From Candidatus Latescibacterota bacterium (lineage in GTDB: Bacteria; Latescibacterota; UBA2968; GCA-2709665), in assembly GCA_965219995.1 (NCBI GenBank), contig CBDCOX010000002.1, positions 4,224,001 to 4,288,000 on the forward strand: DNA of 64,000 nt. Reading direction: 5' to 3'. Position numbers and translations under genes: made by a program. The notes under the pieces were generated by a model. It was not told the origin of the DNA and did no database searches. It saw only the letters and a program-made list of their open reading frames with translations. Each line of letters begins with the position of its first letter. Position 1 is the first letter of the stretch. Positions 40,727-51,356 of the stretch are shown in pieces.

Positions 40727-41288
40727 TTAACGTGTTACCGAAACACCTCTCGCACTTAAGGCAGGAATGTGTGTGTCGATCGATTCGGAGTTCAACGGAT
40801 TCTCTCTGACGTTAATTCGGGTTAATCCTGGATTCGTAACCAAAGGTGAAATGTCCGATATTCTGTTGTTATAGAGATGCAGCGTCGTGAGGTTGGCTAA
40901 GCCGGATAGCGCCGAAATGTTGGAAATGCGATTGCTACCAAGATTCAACACCTTCAATTTGGCCAAGCTCGAAAGTGAAGAGATGTCCGAAATGCGGTTG
41001 TGCCAGAGAGACAGAGACGCAAGATTGGTCAAGTCTGCAAGAGACGATATGTCCGAAATGTGCCTGGTGTTGTGAAGTCTCAGGACTGTCAGATTAGTTA
41101 AGCCGGCAAGCGACGATATATCCGAAACACGGGTGGCCTCCAGATGCAACTCGTTCAGATTGATTAAGCCCGACAAGGGTTTTATGTCTGAGAGGGCGTT
41201 GCTGAAATCAAGATTCAGATACGAAAGTCGGGTCAATCCTGCCACGGCAGACACATCCGTGATGTCGTTATTGAATAGATTCAACTGC
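40727..41288 (-). pseudogene. 5'-truncated internalin-like LRR gene
   Basis: About 7 LRRs and a cap NPLNSESIDTHIPAL similar to 26443..27675; no signal peptide; begins abruptly at the edge of the repeat element. Confidence 0.75.
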
Positions 41289-41652
41289 ACTCGCGCTTCC
41301 CTATGCTGACCGTGTGTGCGCCAACGTGCCGCCCGTTCGGCTCGGGACAACTGCAATTCACGCACGTGTGAACCGATGCTGCAGAAGATCCTTCGTCAGC
41401 CTGCCTGCCAATGATTCTCTGGCAGGCAGGGCGGCTTCCTCAGGATAACAGGTTTCGCACACGTCGGCAGACAGGAATGTCTGCCCCACCCTCACGTCTG
41501 TTTCCTGAGCTTGACAATTTTCGCAAACGCGTGACCGAAACATCTCGCTGAGGGCTGTTGCAAGCCATGACATTCTGAGCGGAGCGAAGAATCTCCCGTT
41601 TTCTGGATCGTCCTGAACGAAAATGCGCGCTAAACACAACTGCGCGGATACA
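41289..41652 (+). repeat. Composite palindromic repeat, copy B
   Basis: Colinear with 62014-62375; contains the cctgcctgcc hairpin, the ggcagacaggaatgtctgcc REP and the cattctgagcggagcgaagaatctc arm. Confidence 0.85.
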
Positions 41653-41733
41653 TCGCCTGCAGGTGCGGGCTTGACGAGCATCCGCAAAGACGGAAGAGCC
41701 GGTGGGCCGGCTCTATGTCGCAAAACGACGCAC

Positions 41734-44700
41734 TCAGTCATCGATGGTGAGGATGACGTTCCCCTGCTCATCACCAACGTAGATCGGCCCGAGGGCTGCG
41801 ACTCCTTCGGGTGTCACGTGACTGGCGACCGGCTTCGCGCTTGCCGTGGGGGGCGTTATGGCTCCCACCGTGGCAGGCAGCCTGTACCGATCGGCATGGT
41901 TGGCGTCAACAATGTAGCCGAGATCGGCAAACGACTGAATGGTGATCCCGCTGAGCGCATGCTCCTGCTCTACCGTCGGCTCCATTATTTCGGCCCCGAA
42001 TTGGCGGTCCAGGCCTCTAAACACATACGGATTCCAATGGCTGCCCGCGCCGCAGCTTGAAAACAAGCGAGATTCCACCGGGACCTTGTTCCCAACGTAA
42101 GTCTCGCCGCCGGCGGCATCGAACGCCTGAACGGCCAGTTCACCACTGAAATATGCGTCTCCCGACAGTTCATGAACCAGGCCGAACGTCTGCCAGAGTA
42201 CACCGAATCCCAGAACATGCGCTATTTCGTGCAGCATCAGGTCGCGCACCTGTCTTTCCTCGTGCCAGAGCGACGACGTACCCTCACGCCGGGCAAGGAA
42301 TTTCGAAGCAATATGGACTCTGCCAAGTGCTGGCAGGCCGATCGGGTTGCCCGACCGCACATAGTCCGGTCCCCCCCGTCCCGCGTATTGTCCGTCATGG
42401 GATTTCAGGACAAAGATCCGCAGGTCGTCCACAACATCCCCGATCTCCCGGGTGACGCGGCCGCCGTCGGCAACGAAATCAAAGCGATTGGACGAGAAAT
42501 CCACGTCTGGCAGGCCCTGTGTAATGATGGCCTCGAAGCGCCTCGCCGCCTGCTGCATCAGATCCATGCGCGCGTCCGTAAAATCGTCCACGAACACGAG
42601 TTCGATATTGAAGGGGTCCGCCCCGGCAGGGACAACACGGACGTACAAGCCGGCGGAGCAGTTGTTATCGGTATCCGTCTCGCCAAGCACGCCATCCACA
42701 CATGCGCCATAGTAGTAAGTCCCCGGACTGGATGGGGCGTTCAACCGGATTGTTGCCCTGCTTGCAGCGAAAGTGGCGCGGCGTCTACCGGGTTCGAGGT
42801 TGGGTCCGAGGACCAGGCCGTCAATACCCGCAAGGCCTCTTATCGTGCCTGTGGCGACCTGCGTGTCGGAGGCATCGATGGTGGCGTCGTCCGAGCGGTA
42901 GTAACGCACCGCAGTCGCGCCAGATGCGGCGGGTCCCTCGTTTCTCACTGCCGCCGTGAACGTGAATGGCTGTCCCGCCAACGGGTTGCTCGTACTGACC
43001 CAGGCCGGACCGAAAGCCAGATCCGGAACGCCGACGTTCAGGGACACTGCCTCCGAGCAATTGTTGTTCGTATCGGTTTCCCCGGAAACGGGATCGACAC
43101 AAACTCCATAGTAATACGTGCTCGGATTTTTTGGCATCTCAAACCAACCGAAAACAGGGGGGCTCCCATTTGGACCGAGGAGCCCCACGCCGTTGGTCGA
43201 GACTTGCGTGTCTGAGGCTTCGATGACGGCGTCGTCCGACCGGTAAAACCGCGCGACCGTCTCGTCGGCGGTACCGTCACCTGCATTCAGGACGTAAGCA
43301 AGCAGATCGATTTCCCGCGCGGTTCGGTCGATCTCTCTTAGCACGAGTCCTCGAATGATCAGGTCCGGGTTTCCTCTGTCTTCGACAATCAGGCGCGTGC
43401 CAACGGAGCAGTTGTTTTCGGTATTGGTCTCGCCGGGGACGGGATCGACACAGACCCCCAGATAGTACGTGCCCGCCTCGTCCGGGCTTGGCATCGTATG
43501 GCCACTGCGGAATTGATACGTTGGGTCTCGAGGGGGTACAGCAAAGACTCCCAATTGAAATTGAAGCGACCTGTCTGTGGCGTCTATGGTCGTGTCGTCC
43601 GAGATGTACCTGCGCCCCGACGTCGCGGCAGCCGGGCCGGTACCGACGTTCTCAATCCTTGCGCTCCACGTAATGCCACTGCCAGGCGTGACATTATCGG
43701 GGATCAGAGTTGAAGGGTGGACGATTAGGTCCGGGCTGCCCTCATGGCTGCCGTCAACGGTGACAGGGACGCCCATCGAGCAGTAGTAGGTTAGCCTCCC
43801 TCCCACCTCCACGCAGACCCCGTAGTAATACGTTCCCGCGTACGCCGGGGCTGCCCAGTCAAGCACTGCCGTGGTGTCTGCTGAACCGCCCAACCAGGGC
43901 TCGGTAAACAGATAACCCCAATGGATGAGCGCGTCGCTTGAGTCTATAGATGCATCGGGCGATCGGTAGTAATTGATTCTCTGTGTTAATCCATCGGCCC
44001 GTGGTTTCTGTACGTTCGTCTCCATCGTGAAGGCCTGCCCCGCGTTCAGCCTGGTCTCGCTGACCTTGAATGAACGAAAGACAAGTTGATCCCCTTCGCT
44101 TCCTTCCGTCCCGACGACGGTAACAGGGCCGCCGGCTCCGGATGACGGCGCCGTTTTGCCGAAGTTCTCTGCGAACGCCAGGAAATCCGACAGGTCGATG
44201 CTGCCGTCATTGTCGAAATCTCCCCGCGCGTCGTAGCCGGCCTCCCCCTTTGACGTGCCGAACATGCGCGCAAAGGCGAGAAAATCCGACAGATCCACAC
44301 TCCCGTCGTTGTTGAAATCACCCGCGTTGCCACCGGCCGCAAACGTGATCTCAGCGGCGCCCACGGCCAGCTGATCCACGTCACGTCCGCTGGTCATCTC
44401 CATGCGTTTCACCACAAGCTTCGCGCCGGCATCCAGCTCGCGTGTCACCGATACGCTCACTTGACCCAGATATCCCGACGAAGGTACCGTAGCTCCCGAA
44501 ATGAACAGCGCCGATAGGGTGGCTGTACCCCGCACGATCAGGACGTTGCCGTTCCAGTCCACGCCCGATACCGTTCCGACGTGGTTTGCAAGGGTCTTGC
44601 CCGGCACGTCCAGTTCCAACGTGTACCCGTTCGTGGCGTTCCCCCCTCCGGCAGGCGCGAACAGTTGGAAGCGGATCGTGTCTCCCGCCTTCGGTGCCGG

Positions 44701-44859
44701 AAGCGTCTTCGCGTTGTTGTTCGTCGCCGGCGTCTCGATCTGCGTATCCACGTGCAGGGCCACCCCCGAGAACACCCCGAGCAACTTCATCGCGTACGCA
44801 GGCGCGCACAGCAATACCGCGAGGAACACCCACGGTCCGATGCGTCTGTATATGGACAT
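41734..44859 (-). CDS. Exported multidomain protein: cohesin-like, dockerin, 4 CARDB/Ig-like domains, leishmanolysin-like (M8) metallopeptidase
   Basis: Signal peptide AYA; GDFNNDGSVDLSDFL...GDFDNDGSIDLSDFL; repeats PDL...V.N.G...YYRSDD...GTYYYGACVD...NNCS; HEIAHVLGFG...SHW...EIM. Confidence 0.85.
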   Translation of the reverse strand: MSIYRRIGPWVFLAVLLCAPAYAMKLLGVFSGVALHVDTQIETPATNNNAKTLPAPKAGDTIRFQLFAPAGGGNATNGYTLELDVPGKTLANHVGTVSGVDWNGNVLIVRGTATLSALFISGATVPSSGYLGQVSVSVTRELDAGAKLVVKRMEMTSGRDVDQLAVGAAEITFAAGGNAGDFNNDGSVDLSDFLAFARMFGTSKGEAGYDARGDFDNDGSIDLSDFLAFAENFGKTAPSSGAGGPVTVVGTEGSEGDQLVFRSFKVSETRLNAGQAFTMETNVQKPRADGLTQRINYYRSPDASIDSSDALIHWGYLFTEPWLGGSADTTAVLDWAAPAYAGTYYYGVCVEVGGRLTYYCSMGVPVTVDGSHEGSPDLIVHPSTLIPDNVTPGSGITWSARIENVGTGPAAATSGRRYISDDTTIDATDRSLQFQLGVFAVPPRDPTYQFRSGHTMPSPDEAGTYYLGVCVDPVPGETNTENNCSVGTRLIVEDRGNPDLIIRGLVLREIDRTAREIDLLAYVLNAGDGTADETVARFYRSDDAVIEASDTQVSTNGVGLLGPNGSPPVFGWFEMPKNPSTYYYGVCVDPVSGETDTNNNCSEAVSLNVGVPDLAFGPAWVSTSNPLAGQPFTFTAAVRNEGPAASGATAVRYYRSDDATIDASDTQVATGTIRGLAGIDGLVLGPNLEPGRRRATFAASRATIRLNAPSSPGTYYYGACVDGVLGETDTDNNCSAGLYVRVVPAGADPFNIELVFVDDFTDARMDLMQQAARRFEAIITQGLPDVDFSSNRFDFVADGGRVTREIGDVVDDLRIFVLKSHDGQYAGRGGPDYVRSGNPIGLPALGRVHIASKFLARREGTSSLWHEERQVRDLMLHEIAHVLGFGVLWQTFGLVHELSGDAYFSGELAVQAFDAAGGETYVGNKVPVESRLFSSCGAGSHWNPYVFRGLDRQFGAEIMEPTVEQEHALSGITIQSFADLGYIVDANHADRYRLPATVGAITPPTASAKPVASHVTPEGVAALGPIYVGDEQGNVILTIDD

Positions 44860-44869
44860 ATAATCAGTC

Positions 44870-44960
44870 CCTCTTGTTATTAATGGCGCCCGTCAATTGG
44901 TTTCCCATTAATAACAGACGCATCAGATTCTTAAAGAGCCCCAACTCCGACGGAATGAGC
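44870..44960 (-). pseudogene. Single plant-type LRR relic
   Basis: IPSELGLFKNLMRLLLMGNQLTGAI matches the IPSELGxLxxLxxLxLxxNQLTG repeats of 49221..51356. Confidence 0.55.
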
Positions 44961-45066
44961 GCAACGCCTGCGATTGTCCGTTTGAACTCTCTCAGGAGTC
45001 TGTCCGTAATGAAAATCATTCCTGTCACGCAGGCCATGAGAGACACACGTGTCAGGTCCGTTGCGC

Positions 45067-48000
45067 TTATTGTCCGAAACTCTCCACAAAGATCAAAAAA
45101 TCGCTTAGCCCGATCGTGCCGTTGCCGTCCAGGTCGAACCGCGCGTCAAATCCCGCGTCGCCCTGGCTTAACCCGAAGGCGTGGGCGAAGAGCAGAAAGT
45201 CGGATAGGCCGATGGTACCATCGGCGTCGAAGTCGGCGGCATCGAATTGGGGCGTGACGAAACGAGCAATATCCCATAGCAGTACCGTGCCGTCGCGTGA
45301 CCCCGAGGCGAGTGTCTTCCCATCGCCAGAAAACGAAAGGGAATTAATCCACTCTGTGTGTCCGCCTTCAAACGTAGCGATTCTTTCCTTTTTCGTCACG
45401 TTCCATAGTCTTATTGTACCGAAGTACTTCGACGAGGCGGCGAGCAGCCTCCCGTCAGGCGAAAAAGCCCCGGTAGTCGTCTGACCCCAATTGCCTTCAA
45501 ACGTGGCGACAGTCTTCCTGGTGGCGAGGTCCCAGAGTTTTACAGATCCCCAAACTTCACCAAGATTTCCATAGGCTGAGCCGGTCGCGAGCAACTTCCC
45601 ATCCGGCGAAAACCGTAAGAAACCACCGCTTACCCCAGCGGCCTCCAGATCCATGGTTGCGATTTTCTCATGCGTCATGACGTCCCACAAGTCCACCAGA
45701 CCGTCATCGAACTTCGAAGCCAGAATCCTGCCGTCCGGAGAAAACGATATCGCGTTTGCCGGAGAAGCAATCGCGGCCTGTGCGTTCGTTTCCGTGTCCC
45801 AGAAGACGATCTCGTAGATCCCTCCGGTAGCGATCGTCTTTCCGTCAGGCGAGACGACCATATCCGAGATGAAACATCTCTCTCTAAAGTAGGTGGCAAT
45901 GGGCGAAACTACATTCGAAAGTGTCGCCGTGTCCCACAGCAGTATTTCCTGGTACGCCCCGGACGCGAGGGTCGTTCCGTCGGACAAGTAATCCAAGGAA
46001 GCGACCGGGTACGTATGCCCTTTGAGAGTGGCAACCTGTGCCCACGTTGCCACGTCCAGCAGTCTGATCGTATTGTCGTCAGGCGCCAGTGCAAGCGTCG
46101 TTCCGTCGCCCGAAAACGCAACGGTACTGACGGCGCCTTCCTTTTCAATCTCGTCAATAACGCCCATTGCCGAAACGTCCCACAGGTTGACCGTGCCGTC
46201 AGAATGCCCCGACGCGAGGACTCCCTCTGGCGAGAAAGCCACGGATCCGACCTCGCCGGAAAGGGCTTCGAGCGTCGCGGTATTCTCTCCTGTCGCTACG
46301 TCCCACAGTCTGATGGTGCTGTCGCTGGAAGCCGAAACGAGGGTTTTTCCATCGCTTGTAAACGTAGCGGAATTGACTCTGCCTGAATGCCCCTCAAGGG
46401 TCGCCATCAGTTTCTTTGCCGCCACGTCCCATAGCTTGACCGTTCTATCCCAGGATCCGGAGGCGAGGACGCCGCCGTCCGGCGAAATGGATACGGACGA
46501 GACCGGGTACGTATGCGGGTACCTCTGGTCGTCGAGGATGCCGACCCTGGCCCCCGTCTTCACGTCCACCAGCCGGATGGTACTGTCAAAGCCAATCGCG
46601 ATCAGCGTACCACCCGGCAGAAACGATATGGAAACAGGGTCACCCAGCCAATTAAGGCTCCCCCCCCCGGTGCCAAAGTAGGCGACCTCCCGCCAGTCCT
46701 TCGTATCCCACGCCGTGACCCAGCCTTCATTATTAACGGAAACAAGCAGATTTCCATCCGGTGAAAAGGCCACGTCTCTGGGCCAACAGATCCGGAACGT
46801 GGTGATCAGAACGCCCGTCGCCACGTCCCAAACCCTTACACTGGGTGTGCGGCAAGACTGCTCTGAGACGGCGAGGGTAGTCCCGTCCGGTGAGAATGAC
46901 ATCGAGTTGATCTTTCCACGCTCCGAAGGCAGCAGGGCGAGCGGCCGGGACGTTTTCGCATCGTAGATCCAGACGCCAATCGACCGCGCCACCGCAATGA
47001 GTCTTCCATCCGGGGAGAAGGCGACCGCTTTTTTGCTGGAGGAGAGGCGGCCTTTCCCGACGCGGGCTGTCGCGCCATCAGGCAGATTCCACGTGTGATT
47101 GGCGCTGTCCCGGACCGGAAGTGGGACAGGCTGTCCCGTGCCTATCGCGTAGAAGGTCGCCACCGTGAGGTCACCCAGTGACACTTCGACGGCGTTCGTG
47201 CCCGGGCTGTCACCCAGCGTAAGGAAACGCTCGGCCCGGCCATTGGCGCTGGTCGTCGCGTTTTCCAGTGTGAAGCGTCCACTGAGACTTCCCCCGCCAG
47301 CGGTGACCGAGAAAACCACCTGCGCATTCGCAAGGGGATTGTTGTACTGATCCCTCACTTCCACGAGAAGGGGCTGCGCCAACGAGGTGCCTGACTCGCC
47401 TTGCTGGCCGTCGCCGGAGATCTTCTCCAGGCTATGCGGACGGGGAAGTGTTGATCCAGACTCAACGGCCGATAGTACGAATGAGAGGTCGTTCACGTTT
47501 CCTTCCAAATCAACGGCTCTGGCAATTATCCAATGCTTCGATGGCTGCGAGAGACCGGAGAAGACCCTCCAATACACTTCATACGGAATAACGCCGTTGT
47601 AATCAAAGGCCGCGAGAAACTGCGCGTCTCCCGCCAACCCTCGATAAGCCTTCACTTGAATACCACCTTCGTAGTCTACGTACAAAATCACCTGATGCAG
47701 TCCATCCGCATCGCCGACTTTGAGTTGCACGGAAACGCTTTTTGCGTCCTCCGGATAGGTAAGCGGCGAAATTCGTTCGATGGTGGGAGGTGGTCCCGCT
47801 TCAATGGGAATATCCGGGTTGAGATAGGGTTGTACAACCAGAAATTCGGCGTTGCAAGCGGATATTTCTGAATTCTCCAGGTTGCCGTACGACATGACAT
47901 ACGTCTGTTCGCGAAAATCGTGGTGCAAACCAAAAGCATGACCGAGTTCGTGGCTGACAACGTTGTGATGATTGAAGGGGTCCATTTCGTTGCTGGTAAC

Positions 48001-48570
48001 CAGGGCGAATCCGCCGGTTTTTCCGATTCGTGTACCTTTACCCCCCGCAGACCTATCGATTACGTCCGTACTGTTATCAATCGCGACTACGTATACGTTC
48101 CGCTCGACGTCGAAGGCATGTTCAATCTCATTAAGTACCTTCACAAATGTATCTTCTATATAGTGACTATCGGGATGTTGACCATCTACGCGATGCACCA
48201 TCGGCTTGCCTTCGACATCGGTTTCAAATTGAAAGGTTCTATCCTCATATCCACGCGCCTGCATGGATTCGGCATAGAACGTCTGGATCTCTCGAATTCT
48301 ATCTTTAAAGTTCTGGACCACCTCGGCGTGATAGGGCCGGTCATTGGGCAGAAAGTAGATCAGCCGCACCGTGCGGGGTTCGCCCACGTTCAGGTCTGCC
48401 GCCCGCTTGCCTGCGGGGCGGGGATGATTCCGCCGCCACTGCTCGTAATCGAACGGTACGCAGAAATGCACGCTGTCGGGCGCAGACGAGGACGCGGAAA
48501 CACCTGCCGGTGGCGTGAGCAGGACGACCGGCAGAATTGGTAAGATGAAGATGGAGAGGCGCGCTTGCAT
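45067..48570 (-). CDS. Exported zinc metallopeptidase + Ig-like (Big-1) + two WD40 propellers + C-terminal dockerin
   Basis: Signal peptide; HELGHAFGLHH and VMSYG; LEKISGDGQQG...VEVRDQ Ig domain; about 14 WD repeats; DFDADGTIGLSDF...DLDGNGTIGLSDF; paralog of 34569..36719. Confidence 0.87.
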   Translation of the reverse strand: MQARLSIFILPILPVVLLTPPAGVSASSSAPDSVHFCVPFDYEQWRRNHPRPAGKRAADLNVGEPRTVRLIYFLPNDRPYHAEVVQNFKDRIREIQTFYAESMQARGYEDRTFQFETDVEGKPMVHRVDGQHPDSHYIEDTFVKVLNEIEHAFDVERNVYVVAIDNSTDVIDRSAGGKGTRIGKTGGFALVTSNEMDPFNHHNVVSHELGHAFGLHHDFREQTYVMSYGNLENSEISACNAEFLVVQPYLNPDIPIEAGPPPTIERISPLTYPEDAKSVSVQLKVGDADGLHQVILYVDYEGGIQVKAYRGLAGDAQFLAAFDYNGVIPYEVYWRVFSGLSQPSKHWIIARAVDLEGNVNDLSFVLSAVESGSTLPRPHSLEKISGDGQQGESGTSLAQPLLVEVRDQYNNPLANAQVVFSVTAGGGSLSGRFTLENATTSANGRAERFLTLGDSPGTNAVEVSLGDLTVATFYAIGTGQPVPLPVRDSANHTWNLPDGATARVGKGRLSSSKKAVAFSPDGRLIAVARSIGVWIYDAKTSRPLALLPSERGKINSMSFSPDGTTLAVSEQSCRTPSVRVWDVATGVLITTFRICWPRDVAFSPDGNLLVSVNNEGWVTAWDTKDWREVAYFGTGGGSLNWLGDPVSISFLPGGTLIAIGFDSTIRLVDVKTGARVGILDDQRYPHTYPVSSVSISPDGGVLASGSWDRTVKLWDVAAKKLMATLEGHSGRVNSATFTSDGKTLVSASSDSTIRLWDVATGENTATLEALSGEVGSVAFSPEGVLASGHSDGTVNLWDVSAMGVIDEIEKEGAVSTVAFSGDGTTLALAPDDNTIRLLDVATWAQVATLKGHTYPVASLDYLSDGTTLASGAYQEILLWDTATLSNVVSPIATYFRERCFISDMVVSPDGKTIATGGIYEIVFWDTETNAQAAIASPANAISFSPDGRILASKFDDGLVDLWDVMTHEKIATMDLEAAGVSGGFLRFSPDGKLLATGSAYGNLGEVWGSVKLWDLATRKTVATFEGNWGQTTTGAFSPDGRLLAASSKYFGTIRLWNVTKKERIATFEGGHTEWINSLSFSGDGKTLASGSRDGTVLLWDIARFVTPQFDAADFDADGTIGLSDFLLFAHAFGLSQGDAGFDARFDLDGNGTIGLSDFLIFVESFGQ

Positions 48571-48714
48571 CGGAATGATCTCCCTTCAGAAACGGTTCAG
48601 GCAGCGGCTCGACCTCAGTGTCGATGTACCGCGCATATTTATGGAGACGCGTGAAATCGTCTACACCCCACGCGTTGATTCGCAGACTTTATGCCTGCGT
48701 CCTTCCTCGCGTTC

Positions 48715-49107
48715 TCAGTTCGTCCCGCATTGCACAGACCTGTTGACGACGCTGGCGAGGGTTATGCCGCCAAAGGATACCGCCACGTCGAAATCCTGTC
48801 CGCTCTCACACCGGGTCTTTGCCTCGCCGCTGAGGTTGAGTTGCGAGCACGCGGTCAGCAACGCTGCGCGCATGGCTTCTTCCTCAGTTGCGCCGGAGCC
48901 CGTTCCTGTTCCCGATCCGGACGGCGAACTGAGATCTCCCATCCTTGAAGGCACAAGCGTCAGCGTCACCTCGCACTGCCACGACTTCGATCCCGCGCCG
49001 TCGTCGGCGCCGCAGGACAAGGCGACGTACGTGGCCAAAACGGTCATCAAGAGATAAATCGACGCCTTGAATATTGCCGTGAAGCTTCTTCTTCGTACCG
49101 TCTCCAT
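48715..49107 (-). CDS. Small putative lipoprotein with four additional Cys
   Basis: Lipobox-like ALSC; GGAGG RBS; GSGTGTGSG linker. Confidence 0.65.
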   Translation of the reverse strand: METVRRRSFTAIFKASIYLLMTVLATYVALSCGADDGAGSKSWQCEVTLTLVPSRMGDLSSPSGSGTGTGSGATEEEAMRAALLTACSQLNLSGEAKTRCESGQDFDVAVSFGGITLASVVNRSVQCGTN

Positions 49108-49220
49108 GAACACGCCCTCCTGGTTCAGGTCAACCGGGTAAATCACCTCGGCACGGAATTGTCTTTTTCGTCATCGACAACGTCAGCCTGATCGCCCTTG
49201 TTCGCATGTGATCTCGCACC

Positions 49221-51356
49221 TTAAGGCACGGCCGTTATTCGATAATCGCTGCCCGAACGGGTGCCCTGCAATCCGTTCAGGTTGAAGCCCGCGCTGCAGA
49301 ATCTTCCCGTACCGAAGGCCGTATACTGATAGCACCCGCCACCGACGTTGATAAACTCCGCACGACCAACCGAACACCTTTGGTTGGGCTTCACCACCAT
49401 CCCCACCGCGCACGCACCCAGGTTGTTGCCACTACCGCCGCCGCCGGCGGTGACCGTGACGCTTACACCGGACGAACAATTGTTGCCTGTATTGCTCTCA
49501 CCACTCACGGCGTCCACGCACGCGCCGTAGTAATACGTCCCCGCGTCCGATGGCGCGTCCAGGCTGATTGATTCGGCGCTTGTCCCCGACGCATCCAGCG
49601 CTCGCACCGCGTCCGTACCCACTTCCGTGTCGCTATCTGAAATCGTCGTATTCGAAGACCGGTAATAGCGCAGCGTCGTAGCGGCAGACCCGCCCGCGCC
49701 CGCGTTGCGCACCGTCGCGCGAAGCGTAAAGGACTCCCCAGTCGCCAGCGACGCGTCGCTCACCGATGCCGCATCCACGACCAGATCCGGACTGCTTCCG
49801 CCACCGCCGCCACTGTCGCAGTTCACCACGCCGCTCTTGCTTTCGATGCCCTGCAGCCATGCCCGGAATGCCGCGTCCGTCGGCGCGCACAGCCCTGTGT
49901 TTTCCAAAAACAGAAAGTCTAGGTTGGCAAGACCTGTGAAAGTGCCGGGCAGGGAGCCGGTAAGCCGCGGATTGGCCGAAAGCGCCAGCCATTCCAGGCT
50001 CGAGAGGTTGCCCAGTTCCGACGGGATCGTTCCCCTCAACTGGTTGCCGTGGAGATTCAGGTATTGCAGATTGGTCAACCTGCCCAGCTCAGGCGCGATC
50101 TCACCCGTCAACTGGTTGTTTTCCAGACCCAGGGCTTGCAGATCGGTGAGTCTGCCCAGCTCGGACGGGATCGGGCCCGTCAACTGGTTGTTCCAAAGAC
50201 CCAGCACTTGCAGGTTGGTGAGGCTGCCCAGATCCGACGGGATCGTGCCCGTCAGCTGGTTGGCGGAAAGATCCAAGTGTCCCAAGTTGGTGAGACTGCC
50301 CACCTCAGACGGGATCGTGCCCGCCAGCCGATTGCCGACCCGTACTCCAGTGTCAACACCGATGGCGACGGTGTCGCCGTCGCTTGTTGCAAAGGCGTAC
50401 AGCTCCAACTTCGTCACCCGGCCTGCCCCGTCTGTCGTCACGCCGTACCATTCGCCCAGCGGACGATCGCTCAGCCAGTTCGTATTGAAGCGCCAGTTGT
50501 CCCCATCCGTCGCGTTGTACAGCGCCACCAGCGCCTCACGATCTTCAGACCGGGGAGGAGGAGGCGCCTCGCACGTGGTCCCGAATACGCCGGCGAACGC
50601 CAGGAAGTCCGACAGATCGACGGCGCCGCTGCCGTCCAGATCCATCAGCGCGTTGTAATTTGCATCTCCGGACCGCGAGCCGAAAGCCCCCGCGAGCGCC
50701 AGAAAGTCAGGCAGACCCACCGTCCCGTCGCCGTCGAAATCGCCGGGGCACGCCGCTGCCTGCGTGAACGAAAGCAATGCGACAGATACGTCCAGATTCT
50801 GCACTCCGCCTGGGCCTGCCAGCGAAGCCGTCGAAACCGCCAGCACGTCCGATGACGTCAGCGCACGGCTCACGCTCAGGTTTACCTGACCGAGGTACCC
50901 GTTCGCCGGGACCGCCACGGCAGACAGCGACAGCATCGACAGCGTCGGGTTTCCCGTTCCCGATACCCTGGACAACAGAGCACTGCCGTTCAGGTCGGTT
51001 CCGGAAACGTCGTCGACGTAGCTCCCGAACGTCTTGCCGCGCAGTGAAAGTTCAACCGTGTATCCCTGGATCTGAGTGCCCCTCGCGTCGGGTACGAAGA
51101 GTTGAAACCGGATGCTGTCGCCAGCCTTCTTCTCAGGAACGGACACCACGTTGTTGTTCCGTGCGGGTGTCTCGATCTGCGCGTCCAGCAGCAATTGCGG
51201 GTGGCTGGAAAGGCCCCAATAATATGGCATCAATTCCTCCACCGGCACAGCCTGCGCCAACGCGACTTCCGACTTCAGGATGCCTATGCCGCCGGGGTTC
51301 GCGATAGCGAACAACACGAATCCAGCGACGATGGTTGCAAGGGAACGATGACGCAT
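49221..51356 (-). CDS. Exported protein: cohesin-like, dockerin, plant-type LRR, CARDB, Cys-rich tail
   Basis: Signal peptide; N-domain homologous to that of 41734..44859; CPGDFDGDGTVGLPDFL...DLDGSGAVDLSDFL; DREALVALYNATDG cap and IPSELG LRRs; AGGAG RBS. Confidence 0.85.
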   Translation of the reverse strand: MRHRSLATIVAGFVLFAIANPGGIGILKSEVALAQAVPVEELMPYYWGLSSHPQLLLDAQIETPARNNNVVSVPEKKAGDSIRFQLFVPDARGTQIQGYTVELSLRGKTFGSYVDDVSGTDLNGSALLSRVSGTGNPTLSMLSLSAVAVPANGYLGQVNLSVSRALTSSDVLAVSTASLAGPGGVQNLDVSVALLSFTQAAACPGDFDGDGTVGLPDFLALAGAFGSRSGDANYNALMDLDGSGAVDLSDFLAFAGVFGTTCEAPPPPRSEDREALVALYNATDGDNWRFNTNWLSDRPLGEWYGVTTDGAGRVTKLELYAFATSDGDTVAIGVDTGVRVGNRLAGTIPSEVGSLTNLGHLDLSANQLTGTIPSDLGSLTNLQVLGLWNNQLTGPIPSELGRLTDLQALGLENNQLTGEIAPELGRLTNLQYLNLHGNQLRGTIPSELGNLSSLEWLALSANPRLTGSLPGTFTGLANLDFLFLENTGLCAPTDAAFRAWLQGIESKSGVVNCDSGGGGGSSPDLVVDAASVSDASLATGESFTLRATVRNAGAGGSAATTLRYYRSSNTTISDSDTEVGTDAVRALDASGTSAESISLDAPSDAGTYYYGACVDAVSGESNTGNNCSSGVSVTVTAGGGGSGNNLGACAVGMVVKPNQRCSVGRAEFINVGGGCYQYTAFGTGRFCSAGFNLNGLQGTRSGSDYRITAVP

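Noticed and set aside
41358-41777. ORFs inside the composite repeats (also 37003, 52087, 52212, 62164, 62238)
   Set aside because: Translations of palindromic non-coding repeats; frames are not conserved between copies.
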